Assembly (NCBI GenBank): GCA_951406725.2
Contig: OX597819.1
Location: 83,328,001 to 83,392,000 of the forward strand
Reading direction: 5' to 3'
DNA: 64,000 bases
Source: Octopus vulgaris
Taxonomy: Eukaryota
Shown here one piece after another: positions 40,048 to 51,852 of the stretch (position 1 is its first letter; every line of letters begins with the position of its first letter). The notes below the pieces were generated by a model, which did no database searches, was not told the origin of the DNA, and saw nothing but the letters and a program-made list of their open reading frames with translations. The position numbers and the translations under genes were made by a program.

Positions 40048-40327
40048 TTCCCTTCAAACTTTGCCTTTGTGACCGGAATATCAATGTTTTGAAACTGACC
40101 AATTTTTTCCTATTACATTTCAGACAGACTCAGCACTGAGTTGCTGAAGCAGAATTTTCTAGAGCTTTCTAGAAGTTTCAAGAACTTTCTGAAAGTTTCA
40201 AGAATTTCTACAATGTTCTGGCAACCTAGATGGCAATATAAATGCAGGATTCATAAGCTCAAGAGTTCAGTTTACTTCTAGCTGTCCAAGTGGAGACAAG
40301 TTTGAGGAAAACAAAGTTTGAAGGAAA
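40048..40327 (+). mobile_element. TA-flanked MITE carrying an HSE array, TATA and Inr
   Basis: TIRs ttcccttcaaactttg / caaagtttgaaggaaa with TA on both sides. Confidence 0.7.
40151..40272 (+). promoter_or_regulatory. Heat-shock-type promoter cassette (HSE array, TATAAA, TCAGTT)
   Basis: 11 phased alternating nGAAn/nTTCn pentamers at 40151-40205 (2 imperfect), TATAAA at 40237-40242, TCAGTT at 40267-40272. Confidence 0.6.
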
Positions 40328-40750
40328 TATCTACCATTTTTCATACTTTCTAAGAGATAAGCAAATAGGAAATATCAGTTGCTACCCAAGGACAATAATC
40401 GTGTTACACAGTGTAATTTGTGTTAGAGACATATTATCTGCAGGACTAAAATAAAACTAAGCAACCTAGGGAAAATACAAAGTTAGAGTTGGTGGCAATC
40501 CTTAGGAGGAAGTATCTCATGTGTCAAATGAAAAACCACATGTTTTATCCATGTGTTCAACAATTTCCAGAAATTAAAAAAAAATTTTTTTAATACTTTT
40601 CCATGTGTTGGTGAGGCTGACATTGACTTTGATTTACACAAGATAGCTGAACTGTCAAACAAGCAATCAAACACATTCACTCACTCTCACAGACACATAT
40701 GTGCATATACATCTTTTTTTATGCTTTTACAAATCACTTATGCTTATGTA

Positions 40751-40781
<31 letters not shown>

Positions 40782-41519
40782 GCAGGCATCCCCAATGTTA
40801 TGGCTACCTCTACCTCAGGTTACAGCATTTCATGCTTGCGGAAATTGTTAAGTATGATCATTAATTTTGGATACGGTCTGTAATTTCACCCTTACGGAAA
40901 CTTAGATTGCCAGTTTTAAATTGTTAATAATTTAAAACTACACTTTCTTCTTAGCTCAATTGCCACTCACATGTTAGTTAAAAATCAAAGTATATATTTA
41001 ACAATTTGCAAAACTATCATCACATTAAACACATGTATATATAATGTACATAATGTGACTATGTACACACACACACACATACATACATACATATGAATGT
41101 TGTGTATGTATGTGCGTGTTTCTATCATCAACATGAACACAACCACCAACATAATATATAGTACATAAGCAAATTCATTTCAAAGAAAAACATAGAACGT
41201 GGTATCCTAGTGTACTTTAAAAGTTGAATGAAATGTCATTGATGTTTGGTCTTTGAGGATTGACTTGAGACTAAGCCCCAACATCAATACAACACCACAT
41301 CGCCTGCATTACCAGCCCACCATTCCTAACATTTAAACCAATGCAACCCACCAACTTTAGAATCCAACTGGCTACAACAGATATCAGCATGTATACCAAC
41401 ATTTGTGTGTATGAGTGCTAAAAATCCAAGTGTCTTTCAAGGATTACACAAATTTCACTCTAACTCTCATTTGCAATTCAAATAAGAAAGCATAGATAAC
41501 TAAGAGCCTTTTCAGAATA

Positions 41520-42200
41520 GTTTACAAATGTTTTTGTCCTTCTGTAGAAAAGTATAGTGCCAGACATATTTATTTCCAACAAAGCATTGCTTCTTTTAGA
41601 CAATGCACCAAGCCACCCAGTCAACTTAGATCAGTGCTACTCAATGTGGTGGTCCGCGGACCGGTGCCGGTCTGTGAGCCATCAGCTGCTGGTATGCAGC
41701 GAGTTTCCAGAAAAGAAAGAAACATTATAAAATGCTTATGTAATATTCTATTATTTCTTTACAAAATAAATATAAGAGTAAAAAATTGTCAACTTTTATA
41801 ATATTCATTATATATATTGCTTCTGGTATAAATTAATATTACTAAGAAATATTACCGGTCCCTGGCACATTGAAAAAAAAACTGCCAATACGTCACATCA
41901 GATAGTTTGAGAAGCACTGACTTAGATGACCTTTCTGATCATGAAAGAGTAGAATATTTCCTCAAGAATACTTCTTTGCTCCAGTAGAAAGATAAAGGTG
42001 TGGTAGCTAACTTCAAGGCATATTTTATTAGAATTTTCAAACAAGTTATGAAAGCAGTTGGCAGGGAGGATAAACTTACAGTTAGAAATTTCTGAGTTGG
42101 CACTAACAGAGAAAGGTCTTCAGGTTATTGCTGATAACGATTTTAATTGTGAACATAACATAAAAATTACAAGAGAAGTTTACAATAAGCTGAGTTCCTA
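41520..42200 (+). mobile_element. pogo/Tigger DDE transposase remnant, interrupted by a hAT MITE
   Basis: KALLLLDNAPSHPVNL[insert]DDLSDHERVEYFLKNTSLLQ*KDKGVVANFKAYF. Confidence 0.75.
41632..41919. mobile_element. hAT (Charlie/Buster-like) MITE
   Basis: TIRs cagtgctactcaa / ttgagaagcactg with a perfect 8-bp TSD ACTTAGAT. Confidence 0.88.
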
Positions 42201-42492
42201 CATTGAGCTATACAAAGAGATGATGCACTTATATTTATGTATTTTTTTGAGTATGGATATTTGTGTAAGTATATGTATGCATGTTTATGTGCATATATGT
42301 ATGTGATATACACATACTTACATACACAAATATACATACAAACATACACAAAAAATACATAAACATACGATTCAGCTGAAAAAAAAAAAAGAAAATTTTA
42401 CGGAAATTGCAGAACAAGTATTTCCAGTTTTGATATAACATCTCCGAAAGATCGCCAAATGATGTGTGTGTATCTATGCGTAAGTATATATA

Positions 42493-42553
<61 letters not shown>

Positions 42554-42554
<1 letters not shown>

Positions 42555-42960
42555 GATCTTTTCGGTTTGAACGGCAGTTTTTACCATAATTTCTAGGTAA
42601 CTAAAAAATTTTAAACTTCGTATACTGGTAGAATGTGTTTATAAAACATCTTTTTCTCTTGGCTTTATAGAGAAAATTCTATAGTTTGTAAGATATTTGT
42701 TGGATTTTTTTCTTCAATTTCAACCTATCAGTGACGTCTATTGAGTTAAAAAGCATTACGTGCCATATAAATTATGTCCCTCGTTTAAGAAACAGATTGG
42801 GTTTATTTACATTTGTGAAGAAAAATAGATACCCTTCCCCCACCCCTAACTAACCCTAAAACAGATTGAAATGCAATAGATCGATACTAGGGTCATAATT
42901 ATGGGTGACAATTTCATGACACCGCTAGAAAAAAAACTGCCGTTCAAACCGAAAAGATCC
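42554..42960. mobile_element. MITE with perfect 29-bp GG-initiated TIRs (Merlin-like?)
   Basis: ggatcttttcggtttgaacggcagttttt / aaaaactgccgttcaaaccgaaaagatcc; inserted at a (GA)n tract; TSD not resolved. Confidence 0.8.
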
Positions 42961-43777
42961 ACAGAGAGAGTCTGTATTCGACATTTCAGCTATCTCGTGG
43001 TAATGGAAAACAATGTCGGCATGTACAAGATTCCTCATAAGTCTACCAATACGGTACTGTTATCACCAAGTTACTCCCAATTGTGCAAACCTAAAAGCTA
43101 AAGGTATTTTCAGGGCCCTGTCGCAATTTTATTCTCACACGACGTGCACCAAGAATACGTCCTTTTCTAAGACAGTAGGGTGTTATATGAGGGAGATACG
43201 ACGATTTTGCTATGTTTTGTTTTGTTTTATTTTTTCAGCTAATTAGTATTTGAGATCCATAAAAGTATGGGACGATTACATAACTAGAGACATCTAAAAG
43301 TTCATTAGATGTTTGGCATTCTTAAATCAACGCAGAACATCTTAGAATGACTAGGTGAGAGAAGTGTAAACACAAGAACAGTAACTCTTACTATTAAAAG
43401 CTGAAGTTGTCAAAATCTACCTAAATTACAAGTCCTCTGGTGAAAAGTGTACTGTAGACTTCAGCAAAATTAATGCTTTCTCTGAGAGTATTTTTTTAGC
43501 TTCTTTATAAACATAACTGATAAGAACTCATGTTTTCTATAAGAGCTAACATATGGTTATATCAATTACTTTAAAACTGAAATAATCATAAAAGATGGCT
43601 GTAATTATCTTTAAAGCCCTATATTTGTTTGGGGGAAAATTTGAAAAAGAGAAAGAGAGATTAATAAAGAGGGAGTCATGTAAAAATAATATTCTAAAAA
43701 ATTAAATAAGTGCTTTCATAAATGGTAAAATACAATGTAAAATTTAAAACATAAACATGTTAGTGTTTACATCTAAC

Positions 43778-43946
43778 CATGATTGTTAGGCAATTGTTTC
43801 TGCGGTAGTCTCTTCACTTCAGGACGATGACGATAATGAAAACAGTCAAAGCCATCGGTTTCAACAATAGAGGAAAAAAAGTTACGTAAGTCTTTCGAGT
43901 GATATTTTGCAGGGATGTTTCCAACCACCGCATGTATAACAGCCAT
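43778..43946 (-). CDS. GPATCH3: G patch domain-containing protein 3, coding exon 1
   Basis: Not in the ORF track; translated by hand: MAVIHAVVGNIPAKYHSKDLRNFFSSIVETDGFDCFHYRHRPEVKRLPQKQLPNNH. It matches the GPATCH3 N-terminal motif (IP..LRS..LR.YFS...GF.CFHYRHRPE). ATG context is caaaATGg; donor is G|GTTAGA; 169 nt, phase 1. Confidence 0.93.
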
Positions 43947-43960
43947 TTTGCGAGTTCAGC

Positions 43961-43968
43961 TGACGTCA
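43961..43968. promoter_or_regulatory. Palindromic CRE (TGACGTCA) just upstream of the GPATCH3 ATG
   Basis: Exact CREB/ATF consensus ~15 nt upstream of the start codon; an AAAATGGC (YY1-like) motif overlaps the ATG. Confidence 0.45.
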
Positions 43969-45202
43969 TGAGGCTAACATGAATAATTCTAATTTTCGTA
44001 TTGCAGAGCTGAAGATTCGAGTCGGACAAACTGGACATATGAACCAGTCTCTATATTAGTCAAAACCAATAAACTTCACATATACTAATGATAAGCCTTT
44101 AGTAAACTATGAAAGTCATGATGTCTAAATAATAATTGTGATAATATTTTTATGAATATCTTAGTATAGAGTCGTGTTGTTTTAGCATCAGCTATGAAGT
44201 AAAAACACCTAACTTGCTGTAAAACCAAATTAGGTGTTATGATGAAAATAAGTTTCACTCGAAATTGTACATTTTATTACCTAACATGAATGTTTTGTTA
44301 TGCTAATATACATCAAATGCTTAACTAACCACATGGAACACTTACAGAGAAATGCTTGAATACGAAAGTAAGGCTTTCAAAAATTCAGGACTATTGAAAC
44401 CAATGCAGTTTATGAAATGTACTTTCGTAAAAAAATGAGGTCCAGTTATCTTCATATATATTCAACTAAGTATTGTGTATTTATGCTCTCAATTATTGAT
44501 AAAAACACTCACCTCCATGCTTATAATTCACGCTATTCTGTATACACACGCACACATTATTTACGTGTAAACTGCTGTTGATTTGCATTCACTCTGAAAC
44601 TAGTGTTTACAAATACATTGAACATTTCCTTTTATCCCCTTTCGTCTCATCTCGAAAATAATAGTAATGGTTTTATATTTTATTTTAATTCTTTCTGTCA
44701 CTTTGAAGTTTTGATGCCATCTCCCTATAGGGTGGTCCGAAAGTCCTGTCACCCCCAACCGAAAAGTAATAAGAATACTAGAGGAACAATATAATAATAT
44801 CAAACACATGTAATAATGGCTTTAGTATATTCACTTTCATTGACACTGACACTGTCACACATTGAGAAAGTATGAATGCCATCATTTTCGTGGTACAAGA
44901 TGATGCGGTGCCATGACCTGTGTCGTTTTACGAAGCTGTGTTTTGGAGATAGTTGCAAAAGCTGCCGAAACAGCGTCCTTCGACTGTTGGGTATTCTGGT
45001 GTCGCTCTTGTTGAGTTCAAATGCCATCATAAACATATAAACATGATATTCGTTTTGCCTCTTGTTTAACTACAGCTAAGTCTTGTAGACTTAAAACATA
45101 CCCACCGCCACAACCTCTCAACATATGGGAAAATATATTACAAATCTTTTCAAACTATCGATGGCCAGATAGCCGTCCAACAGTCATGGGCATTCACATT
45201 TT

Positions 45203-45323
45203 GGTACTACTTAAGAAGAGTGGTCCCGGTGCGCGTACTCGTGCATCCGCGCTAGCTAGTCGTGACTAGTCGATCCTACAACGACTACCTAGCGCACCGG
45301 GACCACTCTTCTTAAGTAGTACC
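45203..45323. mobile_element. 121-bp Merlin-like MITE
   Basis: Perfect 32-bp TIRs ggtactacttaagaagagtggtcccggtgcgc and a perfect 8-bp TSD CACATTTT. Confidence 0.85.
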
Positions 45324-45457
45324 CACATTTTCCTATGAAAGATCAGACCTAACTGTTCCTGAGACACGATCATCTTACAACCAACCAGTTTCACAATTAT
45401 AGTAGATACATATTTACGGCGTCACTTCCCAATGAATAGGAAAAGTAAATTTAATTA

Positions 45458-45623
45458 CAGTAATCCCTTGCTTTATCGTTGTTTAACGCTTACATCGATT
45501 CCTAGGTGGTGGTGTTTTGCATTATAATAAATATACAGTAAAGTACTGTTTCTACTTCGCATATTTTTACCTATCGCCGGGGTTTTTTGGAACATAACAC
45601 CCGTGATAGTCGAGGGATTACTG
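45458..45623. mobile_element. pogo/Tigger-type MITE
   Basis: TA|cagtaatccct ... agggattactg|TA. Confidence 0.75.
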
Positions 45624-47984
45624 TAGTTCTTTAGCCCAAAGTCGGTCCTGATGTAGATTATATAATTAAAGACATTCCAGTCATAACCTTGTCATCATTT
45701 TCTCGGACATTGTATATCTTGGGCAATATTATCTAATGTTACCATTATGTATCAAAACAGAAAGGTATAAGATTGAAGGAAATTTTACTACTATTTCTAA
45801 CTGGTCGAGTGCTTCGCAAAATAAAGTAGTTGTTTCGTTCAGCCCTAGGTCTGCCTTAATCGAGCTAGAATCATCAAAAGCATTCTAGCCATGACTACCT
45901 CGTCTTTTTCTTACGTATATGGAATACAGACCACTTTAAAAAAAAAACGTATTCCCCCACCCTTTTAAGCGATGGGAATGATTGAGAGAGACTTGGCTAT
46001 TATTTGTTGCGAGTTGAGCAATCATATAAGTTCTCTCTCCCTAATATCAAGTATTATTATGAGTCATTACTATCTCACATTACATGCCAGTAGCCTTGAC
46101 CAGTAGAATTGCAGTTTTGGGAACCACGCCTAAACTATGAGCAAGAGAAATACATTTAAGAATGAATTAAGAAATATGTTTAATAGCAATGATGCATACA
46201 TATATACAGCCTTAATGGTCACAAGCTACTTTATGTTTGAGTTAATTATTTAAAGATATTGTTCTTGTTTGAACCTGGTAAAGTGATCGTTCTTTTTTTC
46301 TTTTTTTTACTAGTTCTTAAATCGAAAATGAGAAAATTTAAAAAGGGACTTTTATTTATCGACGAAAATCTTTAACAGATTTAAATATGTAGTTTCCTCT
46401 CCATGCTACTTTATGTTTGGGTTATATATTCAAAGATATAGTTGCTTGAACTTGGTGAATCAATCGACCTTTATCTCATTTGATTAATTGTCTATAGCTA
46501 GTTTCTTCTCACAGATATGCTATGGAACGTAGCAGTTGTTCTTGCTAAATAGTAGGCTAACTTATAAGGATTGTATGCAAATTGTACGAAGAATAACATT
46601 GTCTTTCAACTTCAGAAAACGTCAAAGATAACAGCAGCCACAATTTTCTCAAATCACAACCTGCTGTATTGTCAAATGAACTCACTTCTACAAAAAATGC
46701 TAAAAGACGCTAAATATGAGAAAAATTACTTTTTTTAAAAAAGAAATGTTGCTAAGCCTTTACTTCTATATTTGTCTAAGCAATTAAATCCTTTAGGATA
46801 TCCAGTACTGGTATTTTGTTTGTGAGTTAGATATCTGTCCACTTTGCGAATTTTATTTAGTATTGCTTTAAGAAAACCACAATTTTCTCAGTACTTATAT
46901 CGTTTTAGAGAAAACAGCTCAAAAAGCTTTTAAGTTGTATTTCCTTATTTTATTTTGACAACTTACAGGCTACTGAATAATCTTCCTACTTTAATATTTG
47001 AATTTGGTAATATTAAGAGATTAGGAATAAGTACTGCCATGTCTCTAGTCTCTAAAGGAATCTTCACTATTAACATCTTAAAATTTTCTATCCAAAATTT
47101 TTCAGTATAAGTTAGTATTTAAACAAATGAATGCTATTATATTTTAATTAGATACTTTATGCATTATTATTATTTAAATTCTTTGATTCCTAAAGAGAAA
47201 TGATTGAATTATTTACATGTTTCAAAACTTTTCTACAAAAAAACCCATGATGATCTTCAGTAGGTTATATTTCCCTTGTAATCATTGTCTGAGCTTTTTG
47301 CAAAGGAAAACGAGTATTTTGAGATGTTTTCCTAATATTTTCCTTTAAATAGCTGTCATCATCTTCATAAGCATCATTTCTGTTACTTTTCTCTCAAGTT
47401 TGTAACCAAATTAGGTTTAGGATCCAAAAATTCAATATAAGAAATAAGATTAAGAGGATCTAGTCTGCTAACAAGCAGACTAGATCAAATGAGAAGAATT
47501 TTTAAATATCTTAGTTTATCCATTATGTTTGATTAAAAAAGGGTTAAAATTCGATGTAAAAGTAAAAATTATAATACATTTCATATAACAGCTGAGCAGT
47601 AAAGTATTTATCTCTTGTATACATAATTTTAAAGTGAGTTTGTTATTCAAGCTCCTGATTCAAAATTATATTATACATAGTACATTCAATTCGTAACTGT
47701 CTAGTTGCACAAATGTTTAAAATCTGTATCGTTACTAACAATATATAATTGGCTATAAGCCATTTTTCTAGCTAATAAAGAAAGTTTAATTTCTACTGCC
47801 CAAAATTCTAAGTTTCTAAAGAGAGATTCACCCAGTGGCGGCTCATATATAGGCACTGCGGAACTGCAGCACCCCCTGTTTCTACTCCATATTATCAATA
47901 GCATTCAATATAATGAGTCCTTTTTCAAAAATACTGATTTCAGCTTAAGCGATAGGACACCCTCTTGAATTTTATGATGATCCT

Positions 47985-48290
47985 TTTTTGTCAGTTGAAG
48001 AATTAGCAAGCAAGCTCAATTCAAGCCATTCAATTGTTCACCACCATCTTCAACAGCTTGGAAAGGTGCCCAAACTCAGAAAATGAGTTCCCTGTGATTT
48101 GACAAAAGTCAACCAAAAATCGTAAGTGGACATCTGCTCATCTCTTCACTTTCCTGAACTTATCTCGCTCTTTTTGACCAGATTAGTGTCTAGTGATGGA
48201 AAATATATTTTTATGAAAATTTTAAGTGATGCAGGCAATGGCTTAGTTGTGGAGAACAGGCTAAGCCACAACCCAATTTTAATGTATATT
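47985..48290 (+). mobile_element. mariner transposase fragment
   Basis: SVEELASKLNSSHSIVHHHLQQLGKVPKLRK*VPCDLT (WVPHEL) and FLTRLVSSDGKYIF (first D). Confidence 0.7.
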
Positions 48291-48829
48291 AAGGACATAC
48301 TGGAAAATTGGGTTTACTAAAAGCGTTCAATGCAAAATAAAGACTGAGTAGTATGAAAAAATAGTAGATATGGTGAGTGTTTGATGGATAGTTTTCAGAT
48401 TTGCATTAAAATACCATCAAATATTAATTTTGGTTTCCTAATTATTCTGCTTACTTATTATTATGTTAAACTTGAAAGTTTTGATTATCTTATGATAGTA
48501 ATTAATTAGGATTTCATTTATTTTATTTAAAAGATTATCATCTTTTAGTAATATTTGAATAGATCCATACAAAGTCAACATTCGCACCAGTAACTGTTTT
48601 TTGTTAGTGTAACACTTCTAATACTCAAGTTTGGAGTCAATACCTCTTGAATTCAAACACCAAATGTGATCGGCCAACAATGTCAAATGTACCAATTTAG
48701 AATTAGTGAATAAATCTTTATGAATCTACTTTTGAAGGTATGACGCCTATGTTGTGTAAACTATAATTTCCCTTAAATAATTCTCATTAAGAGGATATCT
48801 TTTAGCAACTCTACAACTACAGGAACATA

Positions 48830-49790
48830 AATTAATGCTAGAGAGATAGAAGGAATCACCCCAGAGTTAGAAATATCAATTTTCCTCCAGAAATAAGGAA
48901 AATCCAAGAGAATATATTTAGCCCTCAGCAAAGGAACTTGAAACATGTAAATACACCTAATATGCTTAGACAGTAACGCCAGTCTTCTAACAATTCAAAT
49001 ATAATTAGTAACACTGACAATCCACTTCAATGTAATTAGAATGAACATTTTTTAGACTCAGACCACAGAAACAGGAGTACACGTTAGAACAAACATACAA
49101 GAAAAACCCCAAGTAATAAACGTATCGAAGAAAACTTTTTCAATAACAACAAAAACAATCAACATACTAGCAAAGAGACTAAAATCTACCCCAACCCCAC
49201 ACAGATCTAATCAGACTGAAATCAAAGATGATATGGAATTTTGCAGGAAATTGTGATTTATAGAAGCATTACTTAACTATAATAACAATAATAATTCACT
49301 TGTTAAAAACAAAAGCAATTATCTTCCTTGCAAAAGGGTAGGAATAAAACATTCAATGACTTTTGTGACCACATTTTTAATTTCTTCTATAATACCTATT
49401 TCTTTACTACCCACAAGGGGCTAAACACAGAGAGGACAAACAAGGACAGACAAACGGATTAAGTTGATTATATCGACCCCGGTGCGTAACTGGTACTTAT
49501 TTAATCGACCCCGAAAGGATGAAAGGCAAAGTCGACCTCGGCGGAATTTGAACTCAGAACATAGTGGCAGACGAAATATCACTAAGCATTTCACCCGGCG
49601 TGCTAACGTTTCTGCCAGCTCGCTGCCTTATTTCTTCTATAATACCTTACACAAAGTATTTACTCAAACCACAGAACAACTGAATGGAAAAACCAATAAA
49701 GGAAGTGCTGTAGTACTGATGGACACAGAATGCTACAAAGACTTAGTACTGTCCGTGCTAGAAAATGATTCCTATATAACAAATTTTTAA
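48830..49790 (+). mobile_element. Penelope-like N-terminal remnant interrupted by a SINE
   Basis: VINVS..LAK.LK.TPTP..FCRKL; NKGSAVVLMD..YKDLV (ADKG motif). Confidence 0.65.
49395..49629 (-). mobile_element. SINE family A monomer with 18-bp TSD
   Basis: atttcttctataatacct at 49380-49397 and 49630-49647. Confidence 0.88.
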
Positions 49791-49799
49791 TTGAAACCT

Positions 49800-50320
49800 A
49801 GTCTTCTCTATGCATATCCCATGAGAGAATTGAGAATATTCTACACAATGAACTTGGTATGGTGAAGGTTTTTGCTTGGTGAGTGCCATGTCTTTTGACA
49901 CCTGATCAAAAGCACATCTTTGAACATTCCCTAAACCAGGATGAGTGTCGGCTTCATCACTTTGAGCCAGAGACAATCCATACAATGGAAATGCCCCTCC
50001 TCACCTACAGGGAAGCTGATGGCCTTTGTTTATTAGAATCCAAAAGGCATTGTGTTTATTTAGTATCTTCAAAAGACCCGCACCATCAATGGAGGGTACT
50101 ATGCCAATTTGCTGAGGCAGTCATGAAAGGCTATCAAGACCAAACACCCAGGAAAACTGATGAAAGGGATCTTGTTTCATGAGGACAATGCTCCAGCACA
50201 CAAGTCCTTGCTTTCAATGGCTGCTGTGCATGACTGTGGCTTTGAACTGGTGGATCACCCTCCCTATTCTCCTGATTTGGCCCCATCAGACAATCATCTG
50301 TTCCTCAACATGGAAAACAT
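49800..50320 (+). mobile_element. mariner transposase remnant
   Basis: *VPCLLTPDQK, QDE..HHFEPET, LFHEDNAPAHKS, HPPYSPDLAPSD. Confidence 0.8.
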
Positions 50321-50914
50321 TCATTGTTTCTAGGATTGTGGATAGAAATATAGGGTTGTATGTTTAAATTGGGTGTATTATTTTTTTATTTCCATTATTG
50401 TCTGGATATCACTTGTCTTCATACATTTTATCCCCTCATCTCTCAGCTAATATGGTTTTAAGTTCATGAAGTCATAGGCCCCCAGGTATTTTTATTAGAC
50501 ACTATTGTGAAAATCCTGGGCTGCATTCAGCTGCAATGTCAGCTATGGTATGGTTTCTATGGCTGAATGCCCTTTCTTGGGCCAACCACATTACACAGTG
50601 TACAGGGAGCTTTTTCATGCAATCAGCACTAGTGAGGTCAGGTAATTTGTAAGGCAAGAAAGTACAGTTGAAGGAAGAAGGAAAAGGCCCCCATGACTAA
50701 ATAGGAAGTAGAGGTGTTATGAGTTTAACATGTTTTTGGTGGCATGAGTTAAATAGTAGTTATTACTCTGAGTCTGTGGATTTATAATAGATGTTGGTTT
50801 CAATTTGCTTATTGACTTTTTTTTTTTTGAAATATCAAAAAATGGAAGTTTTTCCTTGCAATGTTCCATTGTGAATTGAATGTAAGTATTTTTCCATTCA
50901 ACAATGTTTTAAAC

Positions 50915-51280
50915 TCAAATCAGGCTGATGAAGATACTCTCATGGAATGTGACCAAATTAAGTTTATTTTTCAAAATAGTACCCATTGTGGCCCACACAC
51001 TTCTTCCATTGGTGTTGCAGTGCTTGGATTTCATGGGTGAAGAAGCTTTCATCCTGTTGGTTAAAAAAGTCATCAACAGTAGATATGATATCATCATCAC
51101 TATGATACTGGTGTTTTTTTCATGTTGAGGAGCAGAAGATAGTCAGATGGGGCCAAATCAGGAGAATAGGGAGGGTGATCAACCAGTTCAAAGCCACAAT
51201 CACGCACAGCAACCATTGAAACCTGTGTATTGGTACATTGTCCTGATGAAACATGATCCATTTCATCAGTTTTCCTGGTT
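50915..51280 (-). mobile_element. mariner 3' remnant (opposite strand)
   Basis: FHQDN, HPPYSPDLAPSDY, QWKKCV...GDYFEK*. Confidence 0.8.
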
Positions 51281-51852
51281 ATCTATTTCTTTTATCATCA
51301 TCATCATCATTTAATGTTTAATTTCCATACTAGCATGAGTCGGACAGTTTGACAGAGTCGGGAGAGTTGCTGGGCTGCATTGAGCTGCAGTGTCAGCTAT
51401 GGTATGGCTTCTATGGCTGAATGCCCTTTCTTGGGCCAACCACATTACTCAGTGTACAGGGAGCTTTTTCATGCAACCAGCACTAGTGAGGTCAGGTAAT
51501 TTGTAAAGCAAGAAAGTACAGTTGAAGGAAGAAGGAAAAAGGCCCCATGACTAAATAGGAAGTAGAGGTGTTATGAGGTGGGAGGTGGTTGAAGGTCAAG
51601 TGTTGTGGTATTAAAATGCATGACAGAAAACAGCTGAGTTGCTTTGCTGTAGAGAAGATACATGGCTACCCAACTACATCATATAGTGGTAGGTGAGAGT
51701 TGCTATGTATTCATTTATTTTTAGTTGTTTTATGTTGCATTTTGATTTGAAATGAAGTGTGTTATTGGAGAAGGACTGTTTGTGTATGAACATATATGGG
51801 TGAGTGAAGGAGATGGAATGACAGAAGTCAAGTATGATGATTCACATACACA

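Noticed and set aside
43814-44038. 74-aa ORF overlapping GPATCH3 exon 1
   Set aside because: It is an alternative frame of the real exon with no recognisable motifs; at most an upstream ORF.
44800-45036. 78-aa minus-strand ORF upstream of GPATCH3
   Set aside because: No recognisable homology; the true GPATCH3 exon 1 is at 43778-43946.
46222-46470. Short diverged local duplications (also 9415-9570, 38630/40420, 45625/45833)
   Set aside because: Ordinary old tandem or dispersed repeats with no added signal.
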